From Paraphysomonas bandaiensis (lineage: Eukaryota; Protista; Chrysophyceae), in NCBI GenBank assembly GCA_965644295.1, contig CBFFRP010000425.1:1-64000 (forward strand): 64,000 nt of DNA, written 5' to 3'. Both the position numbers and the translations under genes were made by a program. Shown in pieces: positions 63,993 to 64,000 of this stretch; position 1 is the first letter of the stretch, and each line of letters opens with the position of its first letter. The notes under the pieces were generated by a model. The model was not told the DNA's origin. It searched no databases and saw only the letters and a list, made by a program, of their open reading frames with translations.

Positions 63993-64000
63993 TTCTTAAT

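Overview
Eukaryotic nuclear DNA, most likely a stramenopile (inferred from the UGP-PGM fusion gene, many ~45-55 nt spliceosomal introns and gene families typical of the group). The window has about 15 host protein genes: KA1+ARM protein, CYP86-clan-like P450, GT34-like/TPR protein, anoctamin, VPS9 GEF, STE20-like kinase with two PH domains, GT11-like protein, a possible AP2-like factor, MsrB, NADPH oxidase, a coiled-coil protein, UGP-PGM, an ankyrin protein and a WD40 protein. Mobile DNA is abundant: an intact, very young Ty1/copia element (identical 293-bp LTRs, 5-bp TSD) nested in a second probable retroelement whose long minus-strand ORF is missing from the ORF track; three CAGGG-ended hAT-like non-autonomous families; and two ~0.85 kb (CATA/TATG)n arrays. 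Two results stand out. (1) The MsrB ORF appears to stop at a TGA that sits exactly at the catalytic Cys position, and a SECIS-like hairpin lacking the canonical apical AA follows, so this is probably a hidden selenoprotein. (2) A ~500-bp non-coding retroposon family (at least 9 copies or fragments, 12-18 bp TSDs) begins with an HDV-like ribozyme fold resembling the trypanosomatid ingi/L1Tc/SIDER 5' signature. All calls are by-eye motif reading; no database search was run.
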